A DNA stretch of 64,000 nucleotides from Minutocellus sp. GHC0000111 (taxonomy: Eukaryota), in the NCBI GenBank assembly GCA_977018835.1, contig OZ361256.1:1612001-1676000 (forward strand), read 5' to 3'. The translations under genes and the position numbers were made by a program. Below, piece after piece: positions 1 to 12,774 of the stretch. The stretch's first letter is position 1, and each line of letters starts with the position of its first letter. The notes under the pieces were generated by a model that saw only the letters and a program-made list of their open reading frames with translations, was not told the DNA's origin and made no database searches.

Positions 1-334
1 CGCTGTAGTTGTGATCGTTGGTGCAGCGCTCGATGACGACGACGAGGCGGCTGGTCCGAAGGCGGATGGCACCCTCGGCCTTGCGGATCATGCGCTGATC
101 GAGCTCGGGCGAGTCGAAGAGCTGGCTGTTGGTGCTGTTCGAGGTGCTACTTTGCTCATTTCGGCTGGCGTCGTTCGAGTTCGAGTATGCTGGGGACGGA
201 GAGGGAGAGGCACCGCGTGCCTGCTGATCCTTTTGGCGCTGGAATTGCTGGTACAGAACTACAGAGATCAGCGCCGATGCTGCCCCTGCAACGAACGACG
301 CCGCTGTTGCCGCCTTGTTGGAGGAGGCGGTCAT
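1..334 (-). CDS. SpoU/TrmH-family RNA 2'-O-methyltransferase, 5' part (runs off window start)
   Basis: Manual translation from ATG 334 (absent from the ORF track because it has no stop in the window): MTASSNKAATAASFVAGAASALISVVLYQQF...LDQRMIRKAEGAIRLRTSRLVVVIERCTNDHNYS. The end matches SpoU motif 1 (hhhhE..x.NhsAh.R). Confidence 0.7.
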   Translation of the reverse strand, partial: MTASSNKAATAASFVAGAASALISVVLYQQFQRQKDQQARGASPSPSPAYSNSNDASRNEQSSTSNSTNSQLFDSPELDQRMIRKAEGAIRLRTSRLVVVIERCTNDHNYS

Positions 335-550
335 GGTGGCGGTATTGAGCGAAAATGACACGCTGATTGAGCGAGAGCTGAATGAATGGTCTGGCCGTCA
401 CTAAAGTGAAAGGACTCCTATGGGGATGATCGGCCTTTTGAGAGGAAAGCCCTGCCTGCCAGCCATTTTTGACCCAAGCGCCAAGCCGCCAAGCAAAGGG
501 CTCTCACGTCGGAAGGCAAAGCAAAGCAGATATCTTCGACTGCACCAGCC

Positions 551-3500
551 ATGGGAAAGCGCAAGTCCAAGGCGACGACGGCTGGTTCCGTCTGGTCCTC
601 TCTCCCCTGGAAGAAGGCCTCGACCAGCACAAATAGCTCTGGCGCCGCTACCGCCGCCGGCGACGACGAGCATGACGAGTCCAACTCCAATCCTCACCAA
701 CCATCCCATCCCGACGACCTCGGCTACAACCACTACGACGACCCCGACACCACCGACGCCCGCTTCGAAGGAGAACTGTACGATGCCGAGGCATCGTCGT
801 CGTCCAAGGGCAAGAAGGGCGGGGGGAAGAAACGCAAGATGCAGCAAACTGCCTCAAGTGGCATGGACGGTGCCGACGATCCTGGCATATTGTTCGGCTT
901 CGAGGTGGTCGATGCAAGTCATTTTATCGTGAAGAAGGAGAAGGTGGGCGGGGGAGAGGTGAGCCGCGTCATTCCCGTCACCAGAAATGATAACGATAAC
1001 GACAACAATGATGACGACGATGACGATGAAGGCCAGGCTGCAGCGCCAGAACAAAAGAAGGCGAAGAAGGCTGTGAAATCTGCCAAGGGGGAACCAAAGA
1101 AGAAAGCTCGTACTGAGGATAACGATGGCAATGATACTTCTGATGATGATGATGATGACAATGCCAAGGGCAATTCCACCGTCGAGGCGGAGGAGGAGGA
1201 AATCAGGCAATTAAAGAAATGTCTGAAACGCAAGGAGGCCAAGCTGCGCAAGAAGAAGCGGAAACAAGAGGAGGCCGAAAAGAAAAAGAAGCAGCAGGAA
1301 GATAACAATTCTAAGGATGATGGCGACGCAGGTCCGACGCAGCAGGAGATGGACGCCGTCCGAACCAACTGGTCGGTATCTGCCCCAGGGGTTTACCTGC
1401 ACGGGACGCTGTGCCGGGGACTGGCCAAGCAGGGATTTGCCACGCCGATGCCCATCCAGTCGTCGACGCTTCCGGCGTCCATCCTGGGACGGAGGGACAT
1501 CGTCGGTGCCGCTCCGACCGGATCCGGCAAGACGCTGGCGTATGCACTGCCCATGCTTCAGGGGATATTGACGGCGCGTGATGAAGCCAAGGGCGGTGAT
1601 GATGACGGTAGTGATAGCGGTGCCAGCGAAGAGCCGGCGAAAAAGAAGGGCGACACTCGCCCGAAGGAACCGCTCACCGGCCTCGTACTGTGTCCAACTC
1701 GCGAATTGGCCGTTCAGGTGTCTTCAGAGATCCAAAAGGTTTGCTGCAATGAAGTGGGAGTTGGTACCATCGTCGGTGGGTTGGCCGAGCAAAAACAAAA
1801 GCGGGTACTCAATGTCAAGCGGCCGCCCATCTTGGTGGCGACTCCCGGTAGGCTGTGGGAGCTGGTAAGTCAAGTTTCCTCCATTTTCCAGCATATGCAT
1901 GTGTATGTGTAGACCAAAGGCAAAGCATGCGGCATTCACGATATTGGTTGGTGATGACAAGACATATCCTAGACATCTGTTTGAATCCTTCTCGGGCTTA
2001 TGAAACTCGAAATTTGTATTTGCACGTCAGTCTGAAATCAATATCGTGCTGGAAATGGTCTTTGCTCTCGAGGCTTGAAGAACTGGCTTTGTTTGCCAAC
2101 TTGGCGAAGAAATCTAGACTCACATCATGTACTTCTCTCGCCTCTTTTATACCACATACGCATACAGATGTCCAGCGAAGAACATCCGCATCTCATGGAC
2201 CTCACAAAGCTGCGCTATCTCGTCGTTGATGAAGCCGACCGCATGATCAAGCAGGGGAGCTTTCCTCAGCTTGCCAAGATATTCTCTCTGATCAACGAGG
2301 CCAATCCACCTCCATCCGAGGATGGCGGAGATGACTTTGACGACGACGATGACGACCCCGATCGACTCCAAAGTCTTCCTGGTATCCGTGGAGAGGCCAA
2401 GGTGACCATGTTGGACGATCGTCTCATGGCTATGATTCGCAGACAAGAGGAAGGTGGCGTCGGCGGCGACGACGGATTTGAACCGAATGATGTCCCGGCG
2501 CATGGCGACAGCGACTCCAATGAAGAGAGTGAGGACGACCAAGATAGCGAGGATGAAAGTGACGACGAGGATGAGGAAGAGCGCGTTCACCGTCAAACAT
2601 TCATCTTCTCAGCAACACTTACGCTTCCGACCTCATCCCATCACCTCATCAAGGCGGCCGAATCTTCCAACAACAACAAAATGAAGAAACGGAAGAGGAA
2701 GGGTCAATCAGTCGACGGCCTCATTGCTGAAATATTGGAAAAGGCTGGAGGTTGTGGCCAAACCAAGGTCGTTGATCTTTCTACATCGGCAAAGGAAGCA
2801 GCAGATGGAGGTGATACCAAGAAGGGCAAAAAGGATTCCGGTGACAAAAATAAGAAGGGCTCGGATTCGTCAAAATCTCCGCAAGGTCTGAAGCTTCCTC
2901 CCGGCCTTTCACTGTACCAGGTCAAATGCACCCAGAAACACAAAGATATGTACCTGTACGCCTACCTCACTACGACACAAATGGGATCATCCGGTCCTTG
3001 TCTAGTATTTTGTAACTCGATCGCTGCTGTCAGAAGGATTGGGGATACTCTCAAGACTCTTGGCCTTCCAGCGCGAATGCTTCACGCTCAAATGGCTCAG
3101 AAGGCACGAATGTCGGCGCTCGAATCTCTTCAAAAGCCCAAATCTCGGGCGATTGTAGTGGCAACAGATGTCGCAGCTCGCGGTCTTGATGTTTCGTCCA
3201 TTACCTCCGTCGTCCACTACGACGTACCAAGAGCCATCGATACGTTTGTTCATCGTGCTGGACGAACGGCGCGTGGCGTCGGAGAAACTGCATTCGGTTC
3301 CAGCATCTCTCTGATTTCCGCGGCCGAAGAGAAAGCTCAGCGAGCAATCTGCCTGGCCGTTGATAGCGAGACCAAAGAGTTCAAGCCTCTACCATTTGAC
3401 GGTCAACTGCTGTCTGCAGCGCAGGAACGAACCAACCTCGCTTCTAGGATTGTGGAGTGCGAAAACATTGAAAGCAAGGCAAGTAAGCAGAATGAATGGT

Positions 3501-3793
3501 TCGCCAAAGCTGCAGAAGAGGCTGGCCTGGACTTGGATGAAGATTTGCTGGACGGTGGCCTCATGGACGGTGACCATCGCGATCGCCAACGTCTGGCAGA
3601 AGCTCGAAAGGGTAGACAACGGCTGAAGCAGCTTCTCGCTGTTCCGATGAGGAAGCAGCAGTTTGGTAAATTCCTGTCTGGCCCTGGTCTGAAGGCTGCA
3701 ATTCAAGCGGAAAGCAGTGTCACACCTTACGTTGTTCGCGAGGGTGGTGGCGGTGGCCCAAAGAGAAAGAAGAGAAGAAAAGGTGGACGATAG
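551..3793 (+). CDS. DDX24: DEAD-box RNA helicase, DDX24/MAK5-like; 2 exons (551-1864, 2168-3793)
   Basis: Q motif (GFATPMPIQ), APTGSGKT, PTRELA, TPGRLWEL, DEAD, SAT, TDVAARGLD and HRAGRTAR are all present. Intron 1865-2167 (GTAAGT...CATACAG) joins the ORFs in frame. The inserts and the QTFIFSATLT context resemble MAK5/DDX24. Confidence 0.88.
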
Positions 3794-3853
3794 ACTTGTA
3801 ACATTAGAAGACATATGGTGATGCTATGTGCATAAGACATTGATATCTAATTG

Positions 3854-6468
3854 TTATCGATACTCTATTCTACCTACACCGACTTTGGTGGCGCTTAAAT
3901 GCCCAAATCGGTAGACCCTAAACTGTTCCTTGACTCCCTCCCAGATGCTGGCGCGCTCGGCGCAAGCCTCTTTCATGCTGCTCGCCAGTACCTTGATGCT
4001 GGCCGACCACTCCACCAGACGGGTGGAGGCGATGCGGCTCACCTCGCTCTGGAGCGTGGCACCGACGATGTCGGCCTCACGGACGGCGCTGACGGCATAC
4101 TCGTCGGCCATGGCAGTTTGAACCTCGTAGCGGCCCAGCTGGTCCGGACGGCCCATATTGACGGCGGCCTGATGCTGCTGCATCATGAGCGTCTGGGCCT
4201 GCTTGTTGGCCCTGCCTCGCATGGCCAAACGGCGCTTCAGCGCTGCCCGGCGGTCGGCAAAGGCCATGCGCTCGTACCGGCACAGACGATACTGTGCGAC
4301 GAACGGAGAATTGGCGGCACAGAGCTCAATCGCCAGACGCTTCGTCCGACGGCCGTTGCGAAGGAGACCGCTGGACAGCATGTCGAACAGTCCCGACATG
4401 GCGGGGTCGGTGGTGGCCAGATCCTTCCCGAGCTTCGACACCTCCATCCCGGTGATGGCGGCCCGCTCTCCCTGCTCGCGCAGCAGGGCGATGGCACCCT
4501 CCATCTTCGGGACGGCCTGGATGCACGACCCCATCCGCACTCCCTCGTTGGCGGCCAGCGCCAAGAGCTCGGCGTTGTCCTCCCCGGCGGCCAAGTTGTC
4601 CTTCTGGATGTCCTCGAGCAGACTGGTCGTCCCCTCGGCAACCTTGGCAGTGGTACTGCCGGCCACGGCCCCCAATCGGGTCAGAGCACTGGACGAAACC
4701 TCCGGCCACGCCGTCCCAATGTCATCCTGCAGCGTCAGAAACAACCTCAACACAGGGGACTGTCCCGCCACGGGATGCTGCACCAGGGCGTTCAGATAAT
4801 TCTCGAGCTCCTGGGCGCGCTGCAGCGCAAACTGCGTCGACTGGCGCGTCGACGCCTCCTCGATGGCCCGGCCGGCGTGCTTCTCCGGCCGCGGGGGGAG
4901 GATGGCCCCGGGACACATCTCGCGGAGGCGCTCCTCGAGGGCGACGAAGTGGCGGAATCGCCGGCGGACGGTGGTGGCCGGGGGGGGCCGCCCGGTCGAG
5001 GAGGGTGGTGTCGCTGTTGGTACCGTTGCCACCACCGCCGTTGTTGGCCGCATCGGCGGGATTGACGTTGCGGACGCCAATGGCATAGGTCCAGTGGGGC
5101 GGTCCGGCGAAGAATCCGGCATCCTGGACGAGGAGGGGGTCCGTACACGAGATGTGCCCATACAGCGGCGGAGGCGGGGGGGCACCGGGCACGTAGGCCG
5201 GTGGGGGGTGGGCGGGAGTGCTGATCGCACCGGGCTGCGCGCCGGGGACGCCGCCGACGGAGGGGTCGGATCCGCAGTGCAGACCGGCCAGGAGGGAGGG
5301 CTGCTGCTGCGTCTGGGGATATTGGTGGCGTGGTGGCCGAGCGGCGTGTACGGCTGCTGCTGCTGTTGGGGCTGCATCATGCCATTGGCGACACCACCAA
5401 CACCAGCAGTACTGGTAGCTACCTGACCATAGGGCGATTGCTGCTGCATCTGAGGCTGCTGCTGCTGCATCTGAGGCTGCTGCTGCTGCATCATCATCTG
5501 AGGCTGACCAGCACCCGGAACACCTCCCTGCTGTTGTGCCACCTGCTGTGGTGTCTGCGGCTGCTGTGACTGGAGGTTGCTGTACTGCATCGCATGGTTC
5601 ATGTTGCTCTGCTGCAACTGCCCCGAGGTCGAGTACATGGTGCTGGCGCCCATGCCGGCCATCATCTGCTGTGGCTGCTGCTGTGGCTGCTGTGGGACGT
5701 TGCCGTACTGCGGTTGTTGCTGCTGCGGCTGTTGCATCGACATCTGCTGGCCGTACTGTGCCATCGGAGGCGGCTCGGAGCGGTAGAATCCGGTGGACGG
5801 GACGGTCCCGACCACGGAGTTCTGCATCTGCATCTGCGCCTGCATTTGAGCCTGTGCAGCAGCGGCAGCAGCGGCCTCCTGCTCCTGCTTCTGCTTCAGT
5901 CGGGCCGCCTCCGCTCGTGCTTGTTCTTGCGCTTGAGCTTCAGCCTCCGCAGCGGCTTTGGCCTTGGCCTCCTCCTCGGCATCTACCTCGTCGAACAAAC
6001 CGCCGGACGAGGCCGAGTGGACCGACGCCGACAACAAAGCGGCAGCGGCAGCGGATGATTTGTTCGTGCCAGCTGCTGCTGGTAATGCGGAAGTCGAAGT
6101 CGTGGCGGCGGGTGCCGATTCCGATTCCGAAGCTGCCGGCTGCTGCTGACCGGTACCGTCGTCGGCAATGTCGGTCACTGCGTCGGCACCGGGGTCTCGG
6201 CGGGCTTTTCCTCTGCCGGAGCCGGAGCGGCCGGATCCGAGAGGGGGTCGGCCGCGGTGCCGGTGCCGAGCAGACCCGACCTCTCGAGGAGGCTCGTACC
6301 GCTCGTACCCGTGCCAGTGGCTGGGGCTGCTGCTGGGGCTTCCTCTGCAGCCGGTGGTGCAGCCGGAGCGGCGGCGGGGGCGACAATCTCCTCCCCACCG
6401 CCGGCAGGAGGAGGGGCCTCCTCGGCGGCGGGAGCGGCAGCGGGGGGATCGCCGTCCGAACTCATCAT
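3854..6468 (-). CDS. Sorting nexin (PX domain plus Vps5/BAR-like C-terminus) with Pro/Ala- and Gln-rich N-terminus; apparent frameshifts near 6190, 5330 and 4985
   Basis: PX motif VRRRFRHFVALEERL...ILPPRPEK...RAQELENYLNALVQHP. The PX beta-strands (ISCTDPLLV...HWTYAI) lie in a different frame (ORF 4722-5192), so stitching ORFs 6175-6555, 3854-6178 and 4722-5192 gives one protein. Confidence 0.8.
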
Positions 6469-6717
6469 CTTGGTTGTTCGGTTGTTCTTCGGTATCTTCT
6501 GCTTTTCAACTGACGCTAAGATGCATGTGTTGGGTTTTCTCTCGAGGCTCTTCATGAAAAAGGCTCTTTGAGGTGAATTAGAAAGTAAGTCCCTTTACCG
6601 CGTGCGTTCGAAGGCATCTCATTTTTGGCCGAACAGCAGCAAGCAAGTGAAGTTGAAGGGTGAAGGACCAGAAGCAACGGCAGACGGCAGTCGCCACAAA
6701 CCAAACCCAAGGAGCAA

Positions 6718-8877
6718 ATGCACCGGTACCTCCTCCCCTCCTCGGGGCGGGCCGCCTGGCGTTTGCGCGTGGCGGCGGCAGGAGGAGGTGCCTTCGACTA
6801 TGAGGGCGGCTTCGTATCTTCCTCCTCGTCGATGCACAGACGCCGGCCTCGTCCCCGGCCTCGGCCTCGGTCGTTCGCAACCAACGCCAGCGCCTGTGGC
6901 ACCGGCGGAACAGGCCCTGGAATAATGGGCACCAATGCCGATGCCGCCGTCGGTACGGTCGTAACTTCCTTCTCCAGCATCGATGCCGCCACCGACGCCA
7001 GGCTGGCATCGCAGCATCCGAAAAGCAATCAGAACAACAACAGCAGCGGCACGGTGGTCCTTGCCGATCTGCTCCTCACGCTCTCGGAGCAGGCCAGGGA
7101 CATAGCGGCGCGGGTGCCGCCCACGAGTACTAGCAGAAATGGCACCACTCGCAATACACGCGGCGGTGGGAGTGCAGAGCTCCAAACCACTCCGCTTCCA
7201 ATGAGGATACCAGCCCCGTCCATGCAATCCACGGACGAGCCAGAAGCATACGTGCCCCAAAAGAAGAGGGAGGATGAGAGTGCCAGTGCGAGGACACCGT
7301 GCAGCACAGGAGAGGCAGAGGCAGAAGAAGCGGCGATGGCAATGTCCAACCTGAACCGGGCGACGGACGCGGCCGAGGCTCTGTTGGTTCTGACGGCCTC
7401 GCCGGCGTTGCGGAGTGCCTTTGCCTCGCGTGATGACGATGACCACGGCAGCAGAGTCAATGATTCCGACGTGAGTGCTGGTAGTAGTAGTAAAAACAAG
7501 AAGAAGAAGAAGAAGAACACGAGGGGCAACCGTAACCAGCCGAACGGTGCTGGCGTCGTGTTGGATCGGGATACCGTCGAATCGCTCCACTTTGCCTTTG
7601 TTATGGTGTCGTCGTGGCTGCAATCGTCCATCCGAAGGGCAGCGGCAGCTACAGCTGCAACAAACAGTCCCACCCAACAACAAGCGGTAGTCGACGAGGC
7701 CATCGTCCACGCCATCGAGCTCACCGTCCGATCGGCCGACCTGGCCCTGCCCCTCACGGCACCGCTGTACCAGAGTCTGGCCTCGGACGTCATTGCCCCC
7801 CACGCCTCGCCCGCCTCCCATCCCTCCCTCCAGATCATGGAGGTGGCCAACCTGCTGCGCGTGTCGCTCTTCCCGGCCTTCAACCCGCCGCCCGTGTCGT
7901 TCTTCCACGGCCCGTGCGTCACATTGGTCCGCCGCGGGATGGTCCGGGAGGCGGTCGAGTTGCTGGACGAGATGGATGCCGAATTTGGCATCGGCGAGGT
8001 CGAGGCCATGACGGGATTGGAGATGCTGAGCGCCGTGGCCGAGGGGATGGGGCTGGTGAATGACGATTCTGGTAATGGTAGTGGTCGTGGTGGTGAAAGT
8101 GGTGGCAGTCAGGCGAGCATTGTGTTTGGTCGAAGCCGGAGTGGTGGTGGTGCCGAACAAGGCGGTGTCAGTAGTCTTGCCATGGAGTTGGATCCGGTAG
8201 ATGCCACGGAGCTGGTGTTTCGGCTCCGTGGACCCTTGCTGCGGCAGCTGGACGATGTGTCGAAGGAGCTTCGAAGGGAGATGGACAGCGCTGCGGAGGG
8301 TGCCGAGGCCAGCGCCGAGCTGGTGGACTTGCTGGAATCGTTGAGCCGGCCCGCCGCCGACATCGACAATGATGGAGACAATTCCACTGGCAACAACGAG
8401 GACGATGGAGACAATGACGACGTTTCGGAGGAGCAACTTCTCGAGGAGTACCTGGAGGCCGCCGATGATCCGTCTGCTGCAGACGACAAGGCCAGTACAC
8501 TGGCCGATATTGAAACGTTGAGCGATGCCGTCAGCTCCCTCGCCGAGGATGGATCTGGCCCTTCCCCCGCGAGTGCCGTCGGCCGGAGTAGGGGTAGCGA
8601 TGCGTCGACGTCGACCATCTACTCCGCCTATCAGATTCCACAAAGCTTGCACAATCAAATGGCATCGGAAATGATTTACGTACGTAAGGGACCGTCGTGG
8701 GACCTACCCGACCTGGTGGAGCAGCTTAAGAGATTCAATGACGGAAAGGATATACTGTACACTAGACAATACGAGGAAGAAATGATCAACGCTATGATGA
8801 GAGACTGGGAAGGAGATGAGGACGATTTCGATGATTTGGATGGGTACGATGATGATGGTGAAGAGAGGGAGCGCTGA
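6718..8877 (+). CDS. Hypothetical protein, possibly organelle-targeted, with one PPR-like motif and an acidic C-terminus
   Basis: 719-aa ORF with an Arg/Ser-rich N-terminus. VTLVRRGMVREAVELLDEMDAEFGI resembles a PPR consensus. AT-rich DNA follows the stop. Confidence 0.65.
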   Translation: MHRYLLPSSGRAAWRLRVAAAGGGAFDYEGGFVSSSSSMHRRRPRPRPRPRSFATNASACGTGGTGPGIMGTNADAAVGTVVTSFSSIDAATDARLASQHPKSNQNNNSSGTVVLADLLLTLSEQARDIAARVPPTSTSRNGTTRNTRGGGSAELQTTPLPMRIPAPSMQSTDEPEAYVPQKKREDESASARTPCSTGEAEAEEAAMAMSNLNRATDAAEALLVLTASPALRSAFASRDDDDHGSRVNDSDVSAGSSSKNKKKKKKNTRGNRNQPNGAGVVLDRDTVESLHFAFVMVSSWLQSSIRRAAAATAATNSPTQQQAVVDEAIVHAIELTVRSADLALPLTAPLYQSLASDVIAPHASPASHPSLQIMEVANLLRVSLFPAFNPPPVSFFHGPCVTLVRRGMVREAVELLDEMDAEFGIGEVEAMTGLEMLSAVAEGMGLVNDDSGNGSGRGGESGGSQASIVFGRSRSGGGAEQGGVSSLAMELDPVDATELVFRLRGPLLRQLDDVSKELRREMDSAAEGAEASAELVDLLESLSRPAADIDNDGDNSTGNNEDDGDNDDVSEEQLLEEYLEAADDPSAADDKASTLADIETLSDAVSSLAEDGSGPSPASAVGRSRGSDASTSTIYSAYQIPQSLHNQMASEMIYVRKGPSWDLPDLVEQLKRFNDGKDILYTRQYEEEMINAMMRDWEGDEDDFDDLDGYDDDGEERER

Positions 8878-9207
8878 TTGGTTGCATGCTGAAAGCTGCT
8901 AGATCTAATGTGTAAATAGTCTACAATAGTGTTTCATCAAAACTTCTATTGCTGTGTATGTTATTTCTTTTTAGCTTTGATACCTTCATTACCAGTACTC
9001 TTCTCTAGCAGAGTACCGGTTGTTTAAGTTGCATTTGCTATTGGTTGAAGCGGATTCAGATTCGATTCGACGGCCGGTTGAAGCGATCCACAATGACTCC
9101 GGGTTATACCCGACCCCAGCCAGCCGACCCGCCCCTCCCTCGCGTAGATCAAAATAATATGTAGAGGGTGCTAATTCAATCCACCCTTGAAATCGCAGAG
9201 CTTCTCC

Positions 9208-10605
9208 ATGAGAAAGGGCATGCTCTGGTTCACCATTGAGGACAGGACATCGTCAGCTGGCCCGCCCAAGGCTCCCGGCTCGAGCGGTGGCGAAACGTCT
9301 TCGACCGGCCCCTCGTCCTCAGCCTCAAAGAATTCTGGTGTCGAAAACTTTGGCGACATGGCCACATCTCCAGCTGAGGCTGCTGCTGCTGCTACTGCCA
9401 CAGCCTCCAATGAAGGCAGCAGCAACGAGGAAGTCCTCGAGATGTATCGAGGGGAGATTGAAGACCTCCGACGTCAGCTGCGAGAGTCGCAGGAGGTCCG
9501 CCATCGGGAGGAGGAGGCCCAGCGGGAAATCATGCAATTGAGGAGACAGCTTGAGCTTACCGAGAAGGCGTCACACACGCCAGTGCCTGCAGAGGGTGTC
9601 ACGACGAATACCATAGATTCGGAGGCCGTTACAAATGCTCTCAAATATTTGGATCAAGTGATTCAGCGGATTTCCTCCAAGTCCAGGGCAAGAACAAAAG
9701 CGAATAGGTCGATGAGACTTTCGGAGGATGCCAGTGCGGGTCCAAGGCTCACTCCGCCAGAAAATAGCCATCGTGATGATGACACCAAAAAAGCGCCCGA
9801 TGGTAAAATCATTGTGGAAGCCACACCGATACGAGCCAACAAGAAGGTGGTGGAGTTGGAATTTTGTCCCACTCTTCACCCGAAAGTTTCCACAGATACC
9901 GAGGACGGTTCTGAAGGTTCCTGGCGTCCTGCCGGGGCAATCAAGCGTTTGGTAGATGAAATGTCATCGGTTGCCACCTCATCTCTCCCGGACATTGAAG
10001 GCAGCGGTACCTCATCCATCCCATTCGGTCAATCCAGCATCATATCGTCCATATATGGGACAGCCAATGGCGATGCATCCAGTGCATCGGCATCGTCGTG
10101 GCAACCAACAGCGGCGATGGCTGCTCTCGTTGCGGGCATGGCGGACGATTCGACGGTCAATACATGGCTGACGGCAGGGGATGATGACTTTGACGATATG
10201 CACCTCACAAGCCCGACTAATGCAAGATCTCGTGGCACTAGTAGCAGTGCCAGCAAGGCATCGACCAACGTTTCCAAGGACGATACGGCTGTAGTGGTTT
10301 CGCAGCTTTACCAGATCCAATCGCTACTTCTAACGATACTCAAGGATAAGGAAGCTGCCGCCAAGGCTGATGTCGTGCGCCAAAATGAGAACAATGTCTC
10401 TCCAAGCATGGAACAGATGTCGTCAAGATCGAAGAGCATTGGAAATGTTTGGGAGAATCAGCTCGATAAAGATGACAAAAGAAATGATCAAGAGAATGAA
10501 AAGCGCAACGACCAACAGAAAAAGAAGTCGGATAATCAAACCAGAAAACAATTGACAAAGGAAGATGCAGAGCAAATCATTTCGAGCCTCGCGGCATTGT
10601 TTTAG
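9208..10605 (+). CDS. Hypothetical low-complexity/coiled-coil protein
   Basis: Long ORF (first ATG 9208) with a coiled-coil segment (YRGEIEDLRRQLRESQ...) and coding-like composition. No family recognised. Confidence 0.6.
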   Translation: MRKGMLWFTIEDRTSSAGPPKAPGSSGGETSSTGPSSSASKNSGVENFGDMATSPAEAAAAATATASNEGSSNEEVLEMYRGEIEDLRRQLRESQEVRHREEEAQREIMQLRRQLELTEKASHTPVPAEGVTTNTIDSEAVTNALKYLDQVIQRISSKSRARTKANRSMRLSEDASAGPRLTPPENSHRDDDTKKAPDGKIIVEATPIRANKKVVELEFCPTLHPKVSTDTEDGSEGSWRPAGAIKRLVDEMSSVATSSLPDIEGSGTSSIPFGQSSIISSIYGTANGDASSASASSWQPTAAMAALVAGMADDSTVNTWLTAGDDDFDDMHLTSPTNARSRGTSSSASKASTNVSKDDTAVVVSQLYQIQSLLLTILKDKEAAAKADVVRQNENNVSPSMEQMSSRSKSIGNVWENQLDKDDKRNDQENEKRNDQQKKKSDNQTRKQLTKEDAEQIISSLAALF

Positions 10606-10893
10606 GGTCTTGAACGAAGACAGACTGTGATATGTGGGTAAAATCAAATTGTCTGGTTGCGGATGCACAAGGGATAAAGCACGCATCCTCAACACTTTAT
10701 ATTGACAACGCAACACCAATACCAGGAAATTGAAGAGAACAAACAGACCTGGACACGATACATACAGCAAGTATCGTTGAAATAATTTAGATTTATGCAG
10801 TTGGATCCGATTGAGCTGATTGATTGATCCATCTTCTTTAAAAATACATATAGGATGATGCGATCGTAGTGAGGAGTTAAAGAACAAATCTTC

Positions 10894-12715
10894 TCAAGCC
10901 TCATTCGTCGGTGGCTTCTCCTCATCTCCCACAAAGGCTTCGTTGATACTCGTATTCTTGTTCTCGTCGTCTGATGTCTCCTCCTTCTCCTTGGAATCAG
11001 TAGTACTCCTGTTCCGCTCACTACTGTTGTTACTGTCACTATCCCTCGACTTCTTCCTGCTTGTGGTGCTAAGCGCACCGTTGGGGAACACCGCCGACAC
11101 CCTCTTGCCCGAAGCACGGAGCATTGAGGTCGTCCTTGAGAGATGCTTAGACATTCTGGTCTTAGTTGAGCTCAAGTCGACGAAATTCTTTCTTGTCCGG
11201 AGGATGTACACGATGAGATTCCAGAAGCCTTGTAGTGGGACGACAGAACCGGCATATAGAACAAAGCCGTAGGACGAGAAGGCTTTGCCAGACGCCCAAA
11301 GAAATTGAAGGGCCAGGTAAGGTGGCCAGGTCATATAGAAGGCAGCGAGGTACCACATGGCCTGACTGAAGACCTTCTTCGTCATGGTCGGGCCATTGCT
11401 GTCACTTCCCCCCATTTTCCACTTATTAATTCGTTTCTCATTTTGATACACGTGCCAGCAGATCGTACTCATAACGACGGTGGCAACGAATATGGCAATG
11501 ACCATTGGTATCTCTGGCCAAATTTCGGCGGCATTGTTGCACCAGAGGACCATATTATCATAGAATGGGATGCCAGCAAAGGCAAAGGCCAAGCCAACAA
11601 CAATAGGGCAGATGAAGAAGAATGGTTTGACCTTCTTGATTTTGCGCTCGCTCCATCCATACTTGAGAACAAGAAGGTAGTAAATTGATAGAGAGACGTT
11701 GATGTAAGCACTCGTCGCGCCAAGCTGAATGAAGAATCCCTGGGCGGTGCAAGTTTCCTGGTTGCCAGCCGCCCCTTGGATGAAATCTTCGGCCGGTGTA
11801 GGAAGGGTGGTGAAGGCATATGCAAGAGATCCGAAGATGTCGGCAGCCGAGAGGGCCACCATGAGCTGATTGACCATCTGCTTGCGCCTCTTTTCATTTC
11901 TAAGTACGTCAACGATGATTGTTGAAGAACCCTGCGTTGGTTTGAAGAATGCGTAATGAGGGAGGAGGTTAGGAGAATCTGATAACTTATGTGCATATAG
12001 CGTCGAGGCGAGTGTGGATATGTGCGATGGGCAAATCATACAAAAGATCCTCACCAGAAAGGAAAGAAGTGCCATGACTCTAGGGAGCCACTCCAGTGCG
12101 GTCCGTTTGGCCTTAGAGCTCGCTCCCACATATCCATTGCCTTCACAGCCGCAAATATAATTGAACATTTGCGCGAGCTCACAGCGTTGGTCATTTTCGT
12201 TGACGTAATTGTCGAGATAATGAGAAACCGTTGAGCAATCAGCATCTGGGCCAAACATGCGCATAACATTTGATCGGTCCGCAATTTTCATGTCACCATT
12301 GGGACATAGATTGCACATCTTGATTTCATCAGCTTCATCGCTAATCTCACGAAAGGACTTGGTGGCATCTGGACAAAACTTACAAGATGATGGGAACTCT
12401 AGGTGAAGGGAGCTTCCACACATCTTGTCGCATTCCTCTGCCCCTTTGAGGGGCAAGCCATCAAAGAAACAGCGTCCGGAGTCTACCCAGTCACATCTCT
12501 CACAAAATCCATGTGTGTTGTCGTAGTCAAAGTTGCAGAAGTGTCCCTCTTGGCATGGCAATCGTTCTGAACAGCCATTCAAGTTTTCACAAAAGACGCC
12601 GCCATCGAATGTTGTCACGGTGACGATCGTCCCAATCTTGTTATCGCGAAGGAATAGTCCATCATCTTTGCCCATTGTAATGGCGGGGATTGTGGAATCA
12701 AACCACATCTCATTG

Positions 12716-12774
<59 letters not shown>

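Noticed and set aside
5430..5500. 21-bp CAG-rich tandem repeats
   Set aside because: This is ordinary poly-Gln coding sequence within the sorting nexin.
6619..8658. 679-aa antisense ORF, and similar long shadow ORFs at 3899-5065, 20245-21507, 22640-23731 and 28736-30043
   Set aside because: These are mirror frames of GC-rich genes on the opposite strand and carry no motifs of their own.
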